Part shown: positions 37,956 through 46,857 of the stretch, piece by piece
How positions within the stretch are numbered: position 1 is the first letter of the stretch
Layout: each line of letters starts with the position of its first letter
Sequence record: MN871441.1
Length of the DNA: 64,000 nucleotides
Reading direction: 5' to 3' (one strand)
The notes under the pieces: model-generated
Told to the model about the DNA's origin: nothing
Database searches by the model: none
The model's input: the letters and a program-made list of their open reading frames with translations, nothing else
Translations under genes and position numbers: made by a program

Positions 37956-38669
37956 TCACGATTGAAAGATCCCCAACCCCCAACGATTAGAACCACTTTC
38001 CCAGATTTTGATGGCCTTCTTTGTAGGTGCTCGCATCATAATTCCAGATGGAGCCATTACCTTTGATTCTTTTTTCGCGATGATTGTCTCACCTTCCAGA
38101 TAATGGCCGTATCCGTCAGGGATTGAGTCCATTACAGTTCCAGAAAGAAGATGTTCCTTCTTAATCTCAAAGGCCCCACCACCACAAGTAAACGGCTTGT
38201 CGTAATTTTTACCTTGAATGACCATATGGGTGCTATTTGTAACAGTTACTTTACCATACCCCGGAACCATGTAAACAACACGTCCACGACCGGCAACCGG
38301 GAGACTATGACGGGATACACCATCACAGCCAAGAGATTTAGCAATCCGTTCCCACACACGGTCATGGTTACTTTTACCGCGAGTAACATAATCAACAAGG
38401 TGTGCAATTTCGTGAGGGATCGTGTTGTTGAAAATATGATTCCATTCCTTCATCCCTTGTACCATCAAATTGATGTTAATCTTGATAGTGTACTCTGTAT
38501 CGCTCCATCCTTTATTGGTGTAACTGGCGATACCTGCACAACGCCCTGTACATTCTTTAAACGTATACTTAAAACCAGCCATCTCTGGATAGAGTGTCTT
38601 TGCAATTTCCACAACTTCCGCAATCCGTTTCTCAACAATCACTCGGGCTTGGCTCTTAATCAAAGACAT
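37956..38669 (-). CDS. SprT-like zinc metalloprotease
   Basis: AGIA, TIPHEIAHLV (HExxH), HDRVW..IA..LG. Confidence 0.85.
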   Translation of the reverse strand: MSLIKSQARVIVEKRIAEVVEIAKTLYPEMAGFKYTFKECTGRCAGIASYTNKGWSDTEYTIKININLMVQGMKEWNHIFNNTIPHEIAHLVDYVTRGKSNHDRVWERIAKSLGCDGVSRHSLPVAGRGRVVYMVPGYGKVTVTNSTHMVIQGKNYDKPFTCGGGAFEIKKEHLLSGTVMDSIPDGYGHYLEGETIIAKKESKVMAPSGIMMRAPTKKAIKIWESGSNRWGLGIFQS

Positions 38670-38699
38670 CTATATTTCCTCTCGTTAGTTGATATGAGT

Positions 38700-38728
38700 A
38701 TATTACATCAAAATTTATACTGGGTCAA
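38700..38728 (-). promoter_or_regulatory. sigma70-like early promoter
   Basis: TTGACC-N17-TAATAT, then GAGAGG RBS. Confidence 0.7.
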
Positions 38729-39008
38729 CAGTTTTATTTCCAAAAACGCTAGAGTGGTCAAAAATCTTTTTGCTGACCTCTTCTTTTAACTCATCATATC
38801 CAACCCCGGTAACCAATTGGCTCATGGAATCGGTTGCAAAGATGATAGAATCATCAATAAAATATTTGTAATGGGTGAAATCCATGTACATTTGTGATCT
38901 AGCAAGAGATATGATGAAATCAGCAAGAGTTTGTTTGTTCGCACAACCACTCATGACGAAAGCACTAACCACATTTCTATTTTGAGATTTGGATAGACGG
39001 TGGTTCAT
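38715..39008 (-). CDS. hypothetical protein
   Basis: overlap-coupled ORF. Confidence 0.6.
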   Translation of the reverse strand: MNHRLSKSQNRNVVSAFVMSGCANKQTLADFIISLARSQMYMDFTHYKYFIDDSIIFATDSMSQLVTGVGYDELKEEVSKKIFDHSSVFGNKTVDPV

Positions 39009-39259
39009 CGGATCACCTTAACAACACGAGGGTCATTGTAAATACTGTAATTACTACCTTCTTGGTCTTCTCTCCAAGTCTTCAAGCAATCTTCACACTC
39101 GATATCGTACCAATATAAATCAAATCCATCCCAGTTTCCGGTATTGGAACCTAGTTTCAGGATAACCGCGTTATGTTGGCATTTAGACCGAATTTCTTCT
39201 ATTTGACTGCGAAGTTCTCCGATCTTCTTCAATTTTGCAATAATTTTTACTCGACTCAT
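39005..39259 (-). CDS. Cys-containing hypothetical protein
   Basis: CQH and CEDC. Confidence 0.6.
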   Translation of the reverse strand: MSRVKIIAKLKKIGELRSQIEEIRSKCQHNAVILKLGSNTGNWDGFDLYWYDIECEDCLKTWREDQEGSNYSIYNDPRVVKVIR

Positions 39260-39441
39260 AGTAATTCCAGATCTGCATCAGAGTGAATTTCAAACTCTTT
39301 ATCACAGAAGTCACAAGTTGTAGTTTGTCCTCGTGGGTCTACATACCAACCATCCAGTTCCTTATTGCAATGCGGGCATACCACATAAACACCACACAAT
39401 TTAACACCAATTTCAGTTACTTTCATTATATTTTCCTTCAT
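39256..39441 (-). CDS. Zn-ribbon protein
   Basis: CPHC and CDFC. Confidence 0.65.
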   Translation of the reverse strand: MKENIMKVTEIGVKLCGVYVVCPHCNKELDGWYVDPRGQTTTCDFCDKEFEIHSDADLELL

Positions 39442-40004
39442 ACATATTGTTTTAAAGTTTCAACCATAGCATAACCATGCCAAGAGATTTCTGCAACCTC
39501 TTTTTCGTATTTTTTCAGATTTTCTTGATTGAACCAATATTCATTCCGTTCGCACACAGGAACACAAACACCCATCTTTTCAAGTCGATTGAAATAGGTT
39601 TCGCAACAGAAAGGAACAAATCCACGTTTTAACCATACGATCCGACCATCAAGAATCGCAGACGTAACGACTTTTGTTATACCAAGTGCCTCGCATATGT
39701 CGATAGTACAACGGAACATATGTTTAACAAGTCCTCTCCCTTGGAATTCTTCCCCAAGGGAAAATGTGTCGTGCTCATAATGACCAGTACGTAGGTTAAC
39801 AACTCGGATCATACTGAGTTTCTTTCCACAGGACAAAGAGAATTCGTATTGGTTCCCTTCATATTGAGTAACAAGAAGTTCCATATTTGAATCGTCGATT
39901 ATTTTAGATGCAACAACCGCAAATTTTGTGAAATGTTTAACAACAATGTCAACGCCTTTGCAATGTTCAAAGCTGGTGTAATCGCATTCATATGAAACTT
40001 TCAT
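39438..40004 (-). CDS. GNAT-like acetyltransferase
   Basis: F.LGEEFQGRGLVK motif A; WLKRGF motif B. Confidence 0.65.
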   Translation of the reverse strand: MKVSYECDYTSFEHCKGVDIVVKHFTKFAVVASKIIDDSNMELLVTQYEGNQYEFSLSCGKKLSMIRVVNLRTGHYEHDTFSLGEEFQGRGLVKHMFRCTIDICEALGITKVVTSAILDGRIVWLKRGFVPFCCETYFNRLEKMGVCVPVCERNEYWFNQENLKKYEKEVAEISWHGYAMVETLKQYV

Positions 40005-40034
40005 TGTACTACCTCAGAACAGTTGATAACCATG

Positions 40035-40062
40035 ATTATAATCTAACGGCTATGGGAGTCAA
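40035..40062 (-). promoter_or_regulatory. sigma70-like early promoter
   Basis: TTGACT-N16-TATAAT. Confidence 0.55.
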
Positions 40063-40352
40063 CTATAATCGAACAAAAATTCTTTTACTTCGTCTGGCTT
40101 GAAAATCAAACCATCTTCTGTTTCAAAATACCAGTTGTTGCCGTGTCCCTGTTCCCAGTTTAAGGTAACAAGGAAGACATCTTTATAATGTGGTGGTTCT
40201 CCAAGATCTTTTGTGCGAATCACCAGTTGTGCATCATATTCCATATAGATGACATCACACATATACTCACGAAAAGGTTTCCAACCCAAAGAGTCGTAGT
40301 ATTCGATCATATCCATAATTGTTATTCCTCTTCTGTTGTGCAGTATTCGCAC
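40059..40352 (-). CDS. hypothetical protein
   Basis: true start probably MDMIEYY. Confidence 0.55.
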   Translation of the reverse strand: MRILHNRRGITIMDMIEYYDSLGWKPFREYMCDVIYMEYDAQLVIRTKDLGEPPHYKDVFLVTLNWEQGHGNNWYFETEDGLIFKPDEVKEFLFDYS

Positions 40353-40437
40353 ACATCGTCGATACCACCATCAAGGGCACCGCCACATTCAGGGCAAAAA
40401 CATACTGGTTGATAAATGATATCGATGATTTCCATAA

Positions 40438-40734
40438 TTATTCCCTCAGTGATTTGATTAATTCAATAATCTCTCGTTCTCCGTCAGCTTGCTTGATAAG
40501 GTTCTCAGCCTGCCAACGGTAACTCTCTTCTGTATCAATACACCTAGAGTACACCTTAGAGATCCATTGGTCAATACCTTTTTTATAAGTTTTTTCATAA
40601 TCATTGCACTGACCTAGTTCTATCTTCTCCCCGTTAATAACCGCCACCAGATAATAACGACTACACCGGATTACAGAAAATGGGCCTTTGGTTTCAATTA
40701 GCTTGCCGTTTTTGTATTCTTGAAAAATTTTCAT
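40438..40734 (-). CDS. hypothetical protein
   Basis: overlap-coupled ORF. Confidence 0.65.
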   Translation of the reverse strand: MKIFQEYKNGKLIETKGPFSVIRCSRYYLVAVINGEKIELGQCNDYEKTYKKGIDQWISKVYSRCIDTEESYRWQAENLIKQADGEREIIELIKSLRE

Positions 40735-41021
40735 TCTATTGCCTCACAACACACCCGACCATCGTCAATATCTTCCGGTATAAAGAGGTTTATACCATCG
40801 TTATATTTCCCATTAAATACGGTTTTTAACGTCCCGTCAGAATAAGAATAAGTTTCTAGTTTTTTATTTGATTCAAAATCATATTTCACCCCAACATCAA
40901 TTTCTTCAAGATATGGTACAACTACTTTACAAGGTCCCAACTCATCTTCATTTATATACCTGATCATTTCAGCTTTTTGTTCTTCCGACGCAAACCACAC
41001 TTTATATTTAAACATATACAC
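40731..41021 (-). CDS. hypothetical protein
   Basis: tiling ORF. Confidence 0.65.
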   Translation of the reverse strand: MYMFKYKVWFASEEQKAEMIRYINEDELGPCKVVVPYLEEIDVGVKYDFESNKKLETYSYSDGTLKTVFNGKYNDGINLFIPEDIDDGRVCCEAIE

Positions 41022-41022
41022 C

Positions 41023-41316
41023 TCAAAATTCTAAAAATCGATCAACCAATTTACCATTTTCATCACGAATACCACCCAACCCTTTATTGATCAGATGGAT
41101 ATCNCCAGTNTACTTANCAACNCTNTCATANTCNCGNTTATGACGNTTNTTCAACCANATTTCNTANTNNCCCNGTTCATNCTTATGAACATAGTANAAC
41201 CAACATTTCTTCTCACCNAGCTTGAACACACGACCCAATAACAGGGTAGAACCGTTGTCCATACCGTGGACGATATAATCACCGACCACAAGCTCATTAC
41301 CAAACATATCAACCAT
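41023..41316 (-). CDS. hypothetical protein
   Basis: GAGG RBS. Confidence 0.6.
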   Translation of the reverse strand: MVDMFGNELVVGDYIVHGMDNGSTLLLGRVFKXGEKKCWXYYVHKXEXXXXEXWLXXRHXXXYXXVXKXTXDIHLINKGLGGIRDENGKLVDRFLEF

Positions 41317-41333
41317 TTTATTTCCTCATAACG

Positions 41334-41358
41334 AAAAAGGGAACCCCGAAGGATTCCC
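41334..41358 (-). terminator. intrinsic terminator with C(UUCG)G tetraloop
   Basis: GGGAATCC-TTCG-GGGTTCCC-TTTTT. Confidence 0.8.
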
Positions 41359-41370
41359 TATAGTTTACTA

Positions 41371-42324
41371 TTATTCACGAGCATTAGTCAACAGAAGTTT
41401 TGACTTAATCTTAGTGATTTGGTTCTTGCGACCACGCCAGTGTTTACCACAGTGGGTGCATTTATATTGTTTGAACTTACTAACTTCGGTATACGCGAAC
41501 CCGGCATCTTCAAACTCATGATTTCCACATACGCAAGTGAATTTGTCTGAATCTGTATAAAGAGAGAAGTTCGGAAGACGATCCGACCATGGAGCCAATT
41601 TAACATATAGTTCTTGGAGAGATACGATATCATCAATATTATATTCTTCCATCTCTTTCCAAGCTTCGATATTACCAGCCAAGCATTCTTTCCACAATTC
41701 AAAACCGGGGAATTGAGTATGTTTAGATTTCTTGGTTTCTGTGCATAGCTTATCGGTCATATATTCCAGCTTGTTGGAAGTAAAACCAAACGTGCGTTTT
41801 GCGATCTCAAGAGTATCAATATGCTTCACGGTAGAGAACGGTTTCATACCATGAACGATCATACGACTGCGAATTTTTGGAATATCAAACCGACGACCAT
41901 TCTGATGAAGAACGATATCAGCTTCGTCAAGAAGCTCCCATAGAACTTTCAGCATTTCTGAATCATCTTCGATATTTGGTGCATTTCGCTGGTCCATATA
42001 AATGATTTCATCACTGTCAAACCATTTAGCAGCAAAACTAAGCATATACCAATCGGACTCGATCATATTCAGACCAACGTTGGTCTTAAACAAGCGCCAT
42101 ACATGAGCCATAATCGGAGCGGTTTCAATATCCAGAACTAGAACACGGGGACCGGTTTTGATATCGTCCACAATATTGTTCTCTTCCATGAAACGCTCGT
42201 AATAATAGTTTACGGAAGATTTAGAAATACCAAGTTCTTTCGCAATTGCTCGCGAACCCATACCCTTGTTCTCTTTCATCTCGACAATCTGTGAGATGAC
42301 AGTTTCGTAATTACTGATAGCCAT
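41371..42324 (-). CDS. DEDD/RNase H-like 3'-5' exonuclease with N-terminal HTH and C-terminal Zn ribbon
   Basis: SRAIAKELGISKSSV HTH; LDIETA, HQNGRRFD, IDTL, YNIDDI; CVCG/CTHC. Confidence 0.85.
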   Translation of the reverse strand: MAISNYETVISQIVEMKENKGMGSRAIAKELGISKSSVNYYYERFMEENNIVDDIKTGPRVLVLDIETAPIMAHVWRLFKTNVGLNMIESDWYMLSFAAKWFDSDEIIYMDQRNAPNIEDDSEMLKVLWELLDEADIVLHQNGRRFDIPKIRSRMIVHGMKPFSTVKHIDTLEIAKRTFGFTSNKLEYMTDKLCTETKKSKHTQFPGFELWKECLAGNIEAWKEMEEYNIDDIVSLQELYVKLAPWSDRLPNFSLYTDSDKFTCVCGNHEFEDAGFAYTEVSKFKQYKCTHCGKHWRGRKNQITKIKSKLLLTNARE

Positions 42325-42407
42325 TATTTAAAGTACCTTATGTGTTTTGTTATAAACATTATATATCACAATGTACTCATGTTTTGATTTTGATTTTCTC
42401 ATATGTT

Positions 42408-42427
42408 AAAAGGGGATTTCTCCCCTT
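42408..42427 (-). terminator. intrinsic terminator after rIIB
   Basis: AAGGGGA/TCCCCTT stem + T-tract. Confidence 0.65.
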
Positions 42428-42429
42428 AT

Positions 42430-43623
42430 TTAGAACTCGTGAGTTACGTCTGAGATTACTTCATAAGTCCAAGTACGAAGTTTCGCATTGTCGTAATCAG
42501 TTGGGATAGCAACGACGTGGGCTGGGTTGATCTTAACCATCACAACCCGGTCATTCTCACAAGATGAATAGTATGGGATGTAGTGACGAGCAGCAGCATG
42601 AAGACCCGCAGCACAAGTATTGTTTCGGTCGTCATCTACCTCAAATGGCTCGACTCGTGGCTTAGAACCAATACTATTATCAAACGTGTGGGTGCGGATA
42701 TCCTTATAATCCTCGGTAACGCGCTTGTACGCTAGGAAATGACCATCGTTGGTGATTTTGATGTCACTATGAGTCAGGAAGTCAAAAAGCTCGTATACAG
42801 CCGCACGGCGCGGATTCTGTAACAGGTTTTTCAGGAAGGTAACCATATACTCAAACTCTTCCCCGGACGCCCACATATCAATGATTCTTCGGGTCATCGA
42901 TGTATCAAGAACAATATCACGATAGTAGAGTGTGTCGCCTTCAATCCGAATATCACCAGAAGAATAGGTTTTGATTGCTTCTTTGATAGAAATCAGGTTT
43001 ACCGCACCGACCACATCATTGTCGCGGATCAGGAGTTGAAACGCATCTTCAAACCGTGGGTGGGCTCGGTCTGCAACGTATGGGGTTCCATCAATGAAGC
43101 AGTTAATAAAGTCATAACTTGCATTCCAAGATACCACGGGGGTATGAACCGGTTCGATTATTTCCTTCAAATGGATTGTTTTATCCGACTTCTTCTGAAT
43201 TCCCTTATAGCGACGAACTACATCACCTACTGTTGAACGAGGGATACCAGTTTGACGGGAAATTTCGTTTTGGCTGATTCCGAGATTATGAAGTCGGATA
43301 ATTTTATCATCACGACTTTCTTCGACTTTATTTTCAGAATAATCATGTACATCAAATTGCAAATCGATTTTATTAGTCCCAACCATCAATTTAATCAATT
43401 CTTTAATTGTAAGGGCTTCCCATCCTTCAAGTACATCGAGATCGCCAAGATCTATATCAAGTTCTTCCTCGATATACATAACAAGTTCTACAACATCGAG
43501 ATCGTCTAGGTTGTAATATGCAAAAGTTCTGTTGTTGTCAAGTTCTTTTATTTTATAACCGGTTACATCGTAAATACCGCTACGAATCAATGCTTCAAGT
43601 TTTTCAATATGGATAGTTTCCAT
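42430..43623 (-). CDS. rIIB: RIIB protein with N-terminal acyl-carrier-protein-like domain
   Basis: HTH, FLKNLLQNP, LFDFL..DIKITNDGHFLAYKRV, CAAGLH, VKINPAHVVAIP.DY..KLR; residues 1-80 ACP-like. Confidence 0.92.
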   Translation of the reverse strand: METIHIEKLEALIRSGIYDVTGYKIKELDNNRTFAYYNLDDLDVVELVMYIEEELDIDLGDLDVLEGWEALTIKELIKLMVGTNKIDLQFDVHDYSENKVEESRDDKIIRLHNLGISQNEISRQTGIPRSTVGDVVRRYKGIQKKSDKTIHLKEIIEPVHTPVVSWNASYDFINCFIDGTPYVADRAHPRFEDAFQLLIRDNDVVGAVNLISIKEAIKTYSSGDIRIEGDTLYYRDIVLDTSMTRRIIDMWASGEEFEYMVTFLKNLLQNPRRAAVYELFDFLTHSDIKITNDGHFLAYKRVTEDYKDIRTHTFDNSIGSKPRVEPFEVDDDRNNTCAAGLHAAARHYIPYYSSCENDRVVMVKINPAHVVAIPTDYDNAKLRTWTYEVISDVTHEF

Positions 43624-43647
43624 TTTATTTCCTCATTAAAAAGGGGC

Positions 43648-45882
43648 TTACACCCCTTTGTAGTTTTCCATAATAAGTTTAGTTGCAAGTTCGAACTCTT
43701 CGTTTTTTACACAACTATAATTTTTCTTCAACCTAAGAATCGCACATTCCATGGGGAATTGCTTTTTCATTTCGTCATAAAAATTATGATATACATCATA
43801 CATACTCTGACGATGGTTTTCAACAACATCGGTATAAACTTGATATTCATGTTCAGTCAAATATTCTTGAGCATGAACATAAATATTACCAAGATCATGA
43901 TCCCAATCACCGGATTCCGAGATACCAAAATAGTCCTTCATTTCCCGAGTAATTTCCATATCGACCCTTGGCTTATCAGACCTATTGATATTCCAACCAA
44001 TTTTATTACCCTTTAAATTGTTATTGAGATATTCAACAAGTTTACCTTTGATCATTTCCTTTGTAATGAGAGTCAAATTCTCATTCATGTTAGCCCGTCG
44101 TTCAAGGGTTTTCGGAAATGCATACAACGTTGTATCAAACATCTCAGATAACCAACTTTGAAGTCCATCTGTAACTTCATGACCATCAACAACAATATAT
44201 TCGCCAGAACGAAGACCATACAGCCCACTAAGCTCGTGTACATCCTTGGCAAGGAAATTGCCAGTACTGCGATACCCTTTATTATAATAATGCGAGTTGT
44301 CTGGTTTGTAACGTGGAGTTTTAGCCCTATTCCGCTGTGCTTCTAAACGACGTTGGCGCTTCTCTTCTGCTTCTTTCTCTTCAATTTCTTGAACGTGCTT
44401 ATCATACAACTTCTCTACATGAAAAACATCGATATCGTCTTTGTGGTAACGCTTTGCAATCTGGATAAAGAGATTTCGAGTTACATTCTTGAAAGGTTTG
44501 CGAGAATAAGGGTAATCGCTCATAACAACAACCCGTTCATTAGGAATGATACCATACTTCATAAGAAGCTTGATCCGTACCTTCCACTTACCATCCATAT
44601 TAGACAGAAGGATTGGGAATGGATATCGCTTATTCTTTACTGACGGCATGAAATAGTCATTAAACTCGATTTTACGAGACGACCCGTAATATCTTGCACG
44701 TTCAAGATTCCAAACATTTCGCACCGCATTACTAAATGTATCGATATAAACGAAATTTTTGTTTTTATAACTGTAATCCACACAGAAATCTTTAAACAAA
44801 GACCATTCTTTCGAAGATGTAATACTTTCGTAGAAGAAGCGCCAATCTTGAAGAGACTTGCCGTTATGGTCAATAATCTTTGATACTTTGTTAAAGATAT
44901 GCTCACCAAAATCCATAGACAAAATAGCATGAATTTTACTTCGTGCATCCTTTCCATGTTCAGAAACCTTTTTATTGACTTCATCAATAACTTGGTCCGA
45001 TTGGGATTTAAAATAAGAATTCAGTGTATTCAGTGTGTGTTTATCAAGACTCAATTCTTCCCGGTTCGGGAGAGGATTGAGAGACCCAACAGGAAAATCG
45101 ATAAAGTTATATGAATTATTAAAGAATACCGAACAAACCTCATTTTCGTAAAGCTTTGCTGGGATCTTGTAAGAAACACCACCCATAACAGCATATACGC
45201 CATTATCCATGATGGAACCATAGTAACCAGATGACTTGTAGTTAGTCAACTCGAAATTCTGATTGATGATGTTTGGATAAAATCCATCTTTATCAAATGT
45301 GTGGTACACCACCCGAGCTTCATTCCGAACTTCGGTAATATCATCTTGATCGATAGGGATTACGATTTCGATACCTGTGGGCTCGTCTGACGGTTCTTCG
45401 AAGATGGGGACACACTTTGGTATACCGTTGTTCATGAAGATGCTATAGACGGTTTTGAGACCCTTACACCACGATGTTACAGTGAATGTTGTTGTGTAGC
45501 AGAACGGACTTTTAGAACCAAGACCAAATGCACCGATAAAATCGTCAGAATCTTCCTTGGTTGATGCAAAATATGTGGTGAACAAGTTGAAAATACCATC
45601 CTTGTCCATACCAATACCATAATCGCGGAGTCTCCATTGCAAATTAATATCAGACGGAAGCTCTACATCAAAATATTTCGGTGGGGTTCCACCAATCTTT
45701 TCCAATGCAATGTGACCATCGATTGCGTTACAGCTCAATTCACGAATGAAAGCTCGGATCTTGAATTTATAAAGCCCAGAACTAAGAATGGTATAAGCTT
45801 TTTCATCAAACTTCATACCAAAATCGCGGGACTCTTCCATAACAGTCCCAAATACAGGTTGTTTATTTGTAACAATTTTCAT
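43648..45882 (-). CDS. rIIA: RIIA protein (GHKL-type N-terminus)
   Basis: IRELSCNAIDGH, RDYGIGM, IGAFGLGSKSPFCY. Confidence 0.93.
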   Translation of the reverse strand: MKIVTNKQPVFGTVMEESRDFGMKFDEKAYTILSSGLYKFKIRAFIRELSCNAIDGHIALEKIGGTPPKYFDVELPSDINLQWRLRDYGIGMDKDGIFNLFTTYFASTKEDSDDFIGAFGLGSKSPFCYTTTFTVTSWCKGLKTVYSIFMNNGIPKCVPIFEEPSDEPTGIEIVIPIDQDDITEVRNEARVVYHTFDKDGFYPNIINQNFELTNYKSSGYYGSIMDNGVYAVMGGVSYKIPAKLYENEVCSVFFNNSYNFIDFPVGSLNPLPNREELSLDKHTLNTLNSYFKSQSDQVIDEVNKKVSEHGKDARSKIHAILSMDFGEHIFNKVSKIIDHNGKSLQDWRFFYESITSSKEWSLFKDFCVDYSYKNKNFVYIDTFSNAVRNVWNLERARYYGSSRKIEFNDYFMPSVKNKRYPFPILLSNMDGKWKVRIKLLMKYGIIPNERVVVMSDYPYSRKPFKNVTRNLFIQIAKRYHKDDIDVFHVEKLYDKHVQEIEEKEAEEKRQRRLEAQRNRAKTPRYKPDNSHYYNKGYRSTGNFLAKDVHELSGLYGLRSGEYIVVDGHEVTDGLQSWLSEMFDTTLYAFPKTLERRANMNENLTLITKEMIKGKLVEYLNNNLKGNKIGWNINRSDKPRVDMEITREMKDYFGISESGDWDHDLGNIYVHAQEYLTEHEYQVYTDVVENHRQSMYDVYHNFYDEMKKQFPMECAILRLKKNYSCVKNEEFELATKLIMENYKGV

Positions 45883-45904
45883 AATGTATTTCTCATTTAA
45901 CCTT

Positions 45905-46192
45905 TTAAACTACTTCGAGATAATGATGTACGTCTTCTGGGTAGAAGTGGAACAGAAGCGGTTTACCGATATGGATGACTTCTGCGATTCCAAAATTACC
46001 GTCGTCGTCTTCGATTAGGATACAATACTGATGGTCTTCTGTTTCGTCAACATAAAATTCGTCAATACCTTCCATATCCAAGAATTTACAGATGGATTCG
46101 TTGTAGTTGAATTCCATCTCATCTTCAAAATCCCACGAAGAATTCAGAAATTCCTGTTTATGGTTCTCACTTTTAAACCGGTATTTGTTCAT
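45905..46192 (-). CDS. acidic hypothetical protein, YKFKSE family
   Basis: MNKYRFKSENHKQEF. Confidence 0.65.
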   Translation of the reverse strand: MNKYRFKSENHKQEFLNSSWDFEDEMEFNYNESICKFLDMEGIDEFYVDETEDHQYCILIEDDDGNFGIAEVIHIGKPLLFHFYPEDVHHYLEVV

Positions 46193-46464
46193 TATTCAAT
46201 CTCCACAAGATAGTTTTCGATGTCAGCTTGGCTGAAATGATAGATCAAGTCTTTCAGTTCATCGGGAGTTTCTTCTAAATCGATAACGTATTTTTCATCA
46301 GGTACAAACGGCACAAGTTCAAATTCGTCACGACCAGTCTTTTTAAGAAAATCAACGATTAACTTGTTTGAGTTAATACCATCCTCTTCAAATTCGTGAA
46401 AAACCTCACCAACAGAAATGAACTCTTCTTTTTCATAGTCACTTCGGAATTTGTACATACTCAT
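46192..46464 (-). CDS. acidic hypothetical protein, YKFKSE family
   Basis: MSMYKFRSDYEKEEF. Confidence 0.65.
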   Translation of the reverse strand: MSMYKFRSDYEKEEFISVGEVFHEFEEDGINSNKLIVDFLKKTGRDEFELVPFVPDEKYVIDLEETPDELKDLIYHFSQADIENYLVEIE

Positions 46465-46787
46465 TTTTTAACCTCATAGTCAAGATATAGATCTAACCAG
46501 TCGAGTGCAAGCTTATCAATGTCAACATCATAACCCATAACCAGTTTCCAATCAACAGTTTTCTTTGTGATTGTAGAACATGTTTTTATTGCGTTGAGAA
46601 GCTTCATATTTTCTTTTAGAACCTCTTCGATAGGTTCTATACCATCTTCTTTACACCATTCAAGCCAGTATTCTACACTTTCTTCAAACCACCCTACAAG
46701 CTTTTCACGGATAAACCACACGGTGGATTTGTCTCCAATTGAGATTGTAGGTCTTACTGAGTGAGCGATATCATTTAGGTTAGCCAT
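46461..46787 (-). CDS. hypothetical protein
   Basis: MANLND start after GAGG RBS. Confidence 0.65.
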   Translation of the reverse strand: MANLNDIAHSVRPTISIGDKSTVWFIREKLVGWFEESVEYWLEWCKEDGIEPIEEVLKENMKLLNAIKTCSTITKKTVDWKLVMGYDVDIDKLALDWLDLYLDYEVKK

Positions 46788-46809
46788 AATTATTCCTCTA
46801 TTTTCCACT

Positions 46810-46855
46810 ATTATACACAATAAAAAAGAAAAGGGAACCCCATCGGTTCCCTTTT
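46810..46855 (-). terminator. terminator followed by extended -10 promoter
   Basis: AAAAGGGAACC/GGTTCCCTTTT stem; TTGTG-TATAAT. Confidence 0.65.
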
Positions 46856-46857
46856 TG

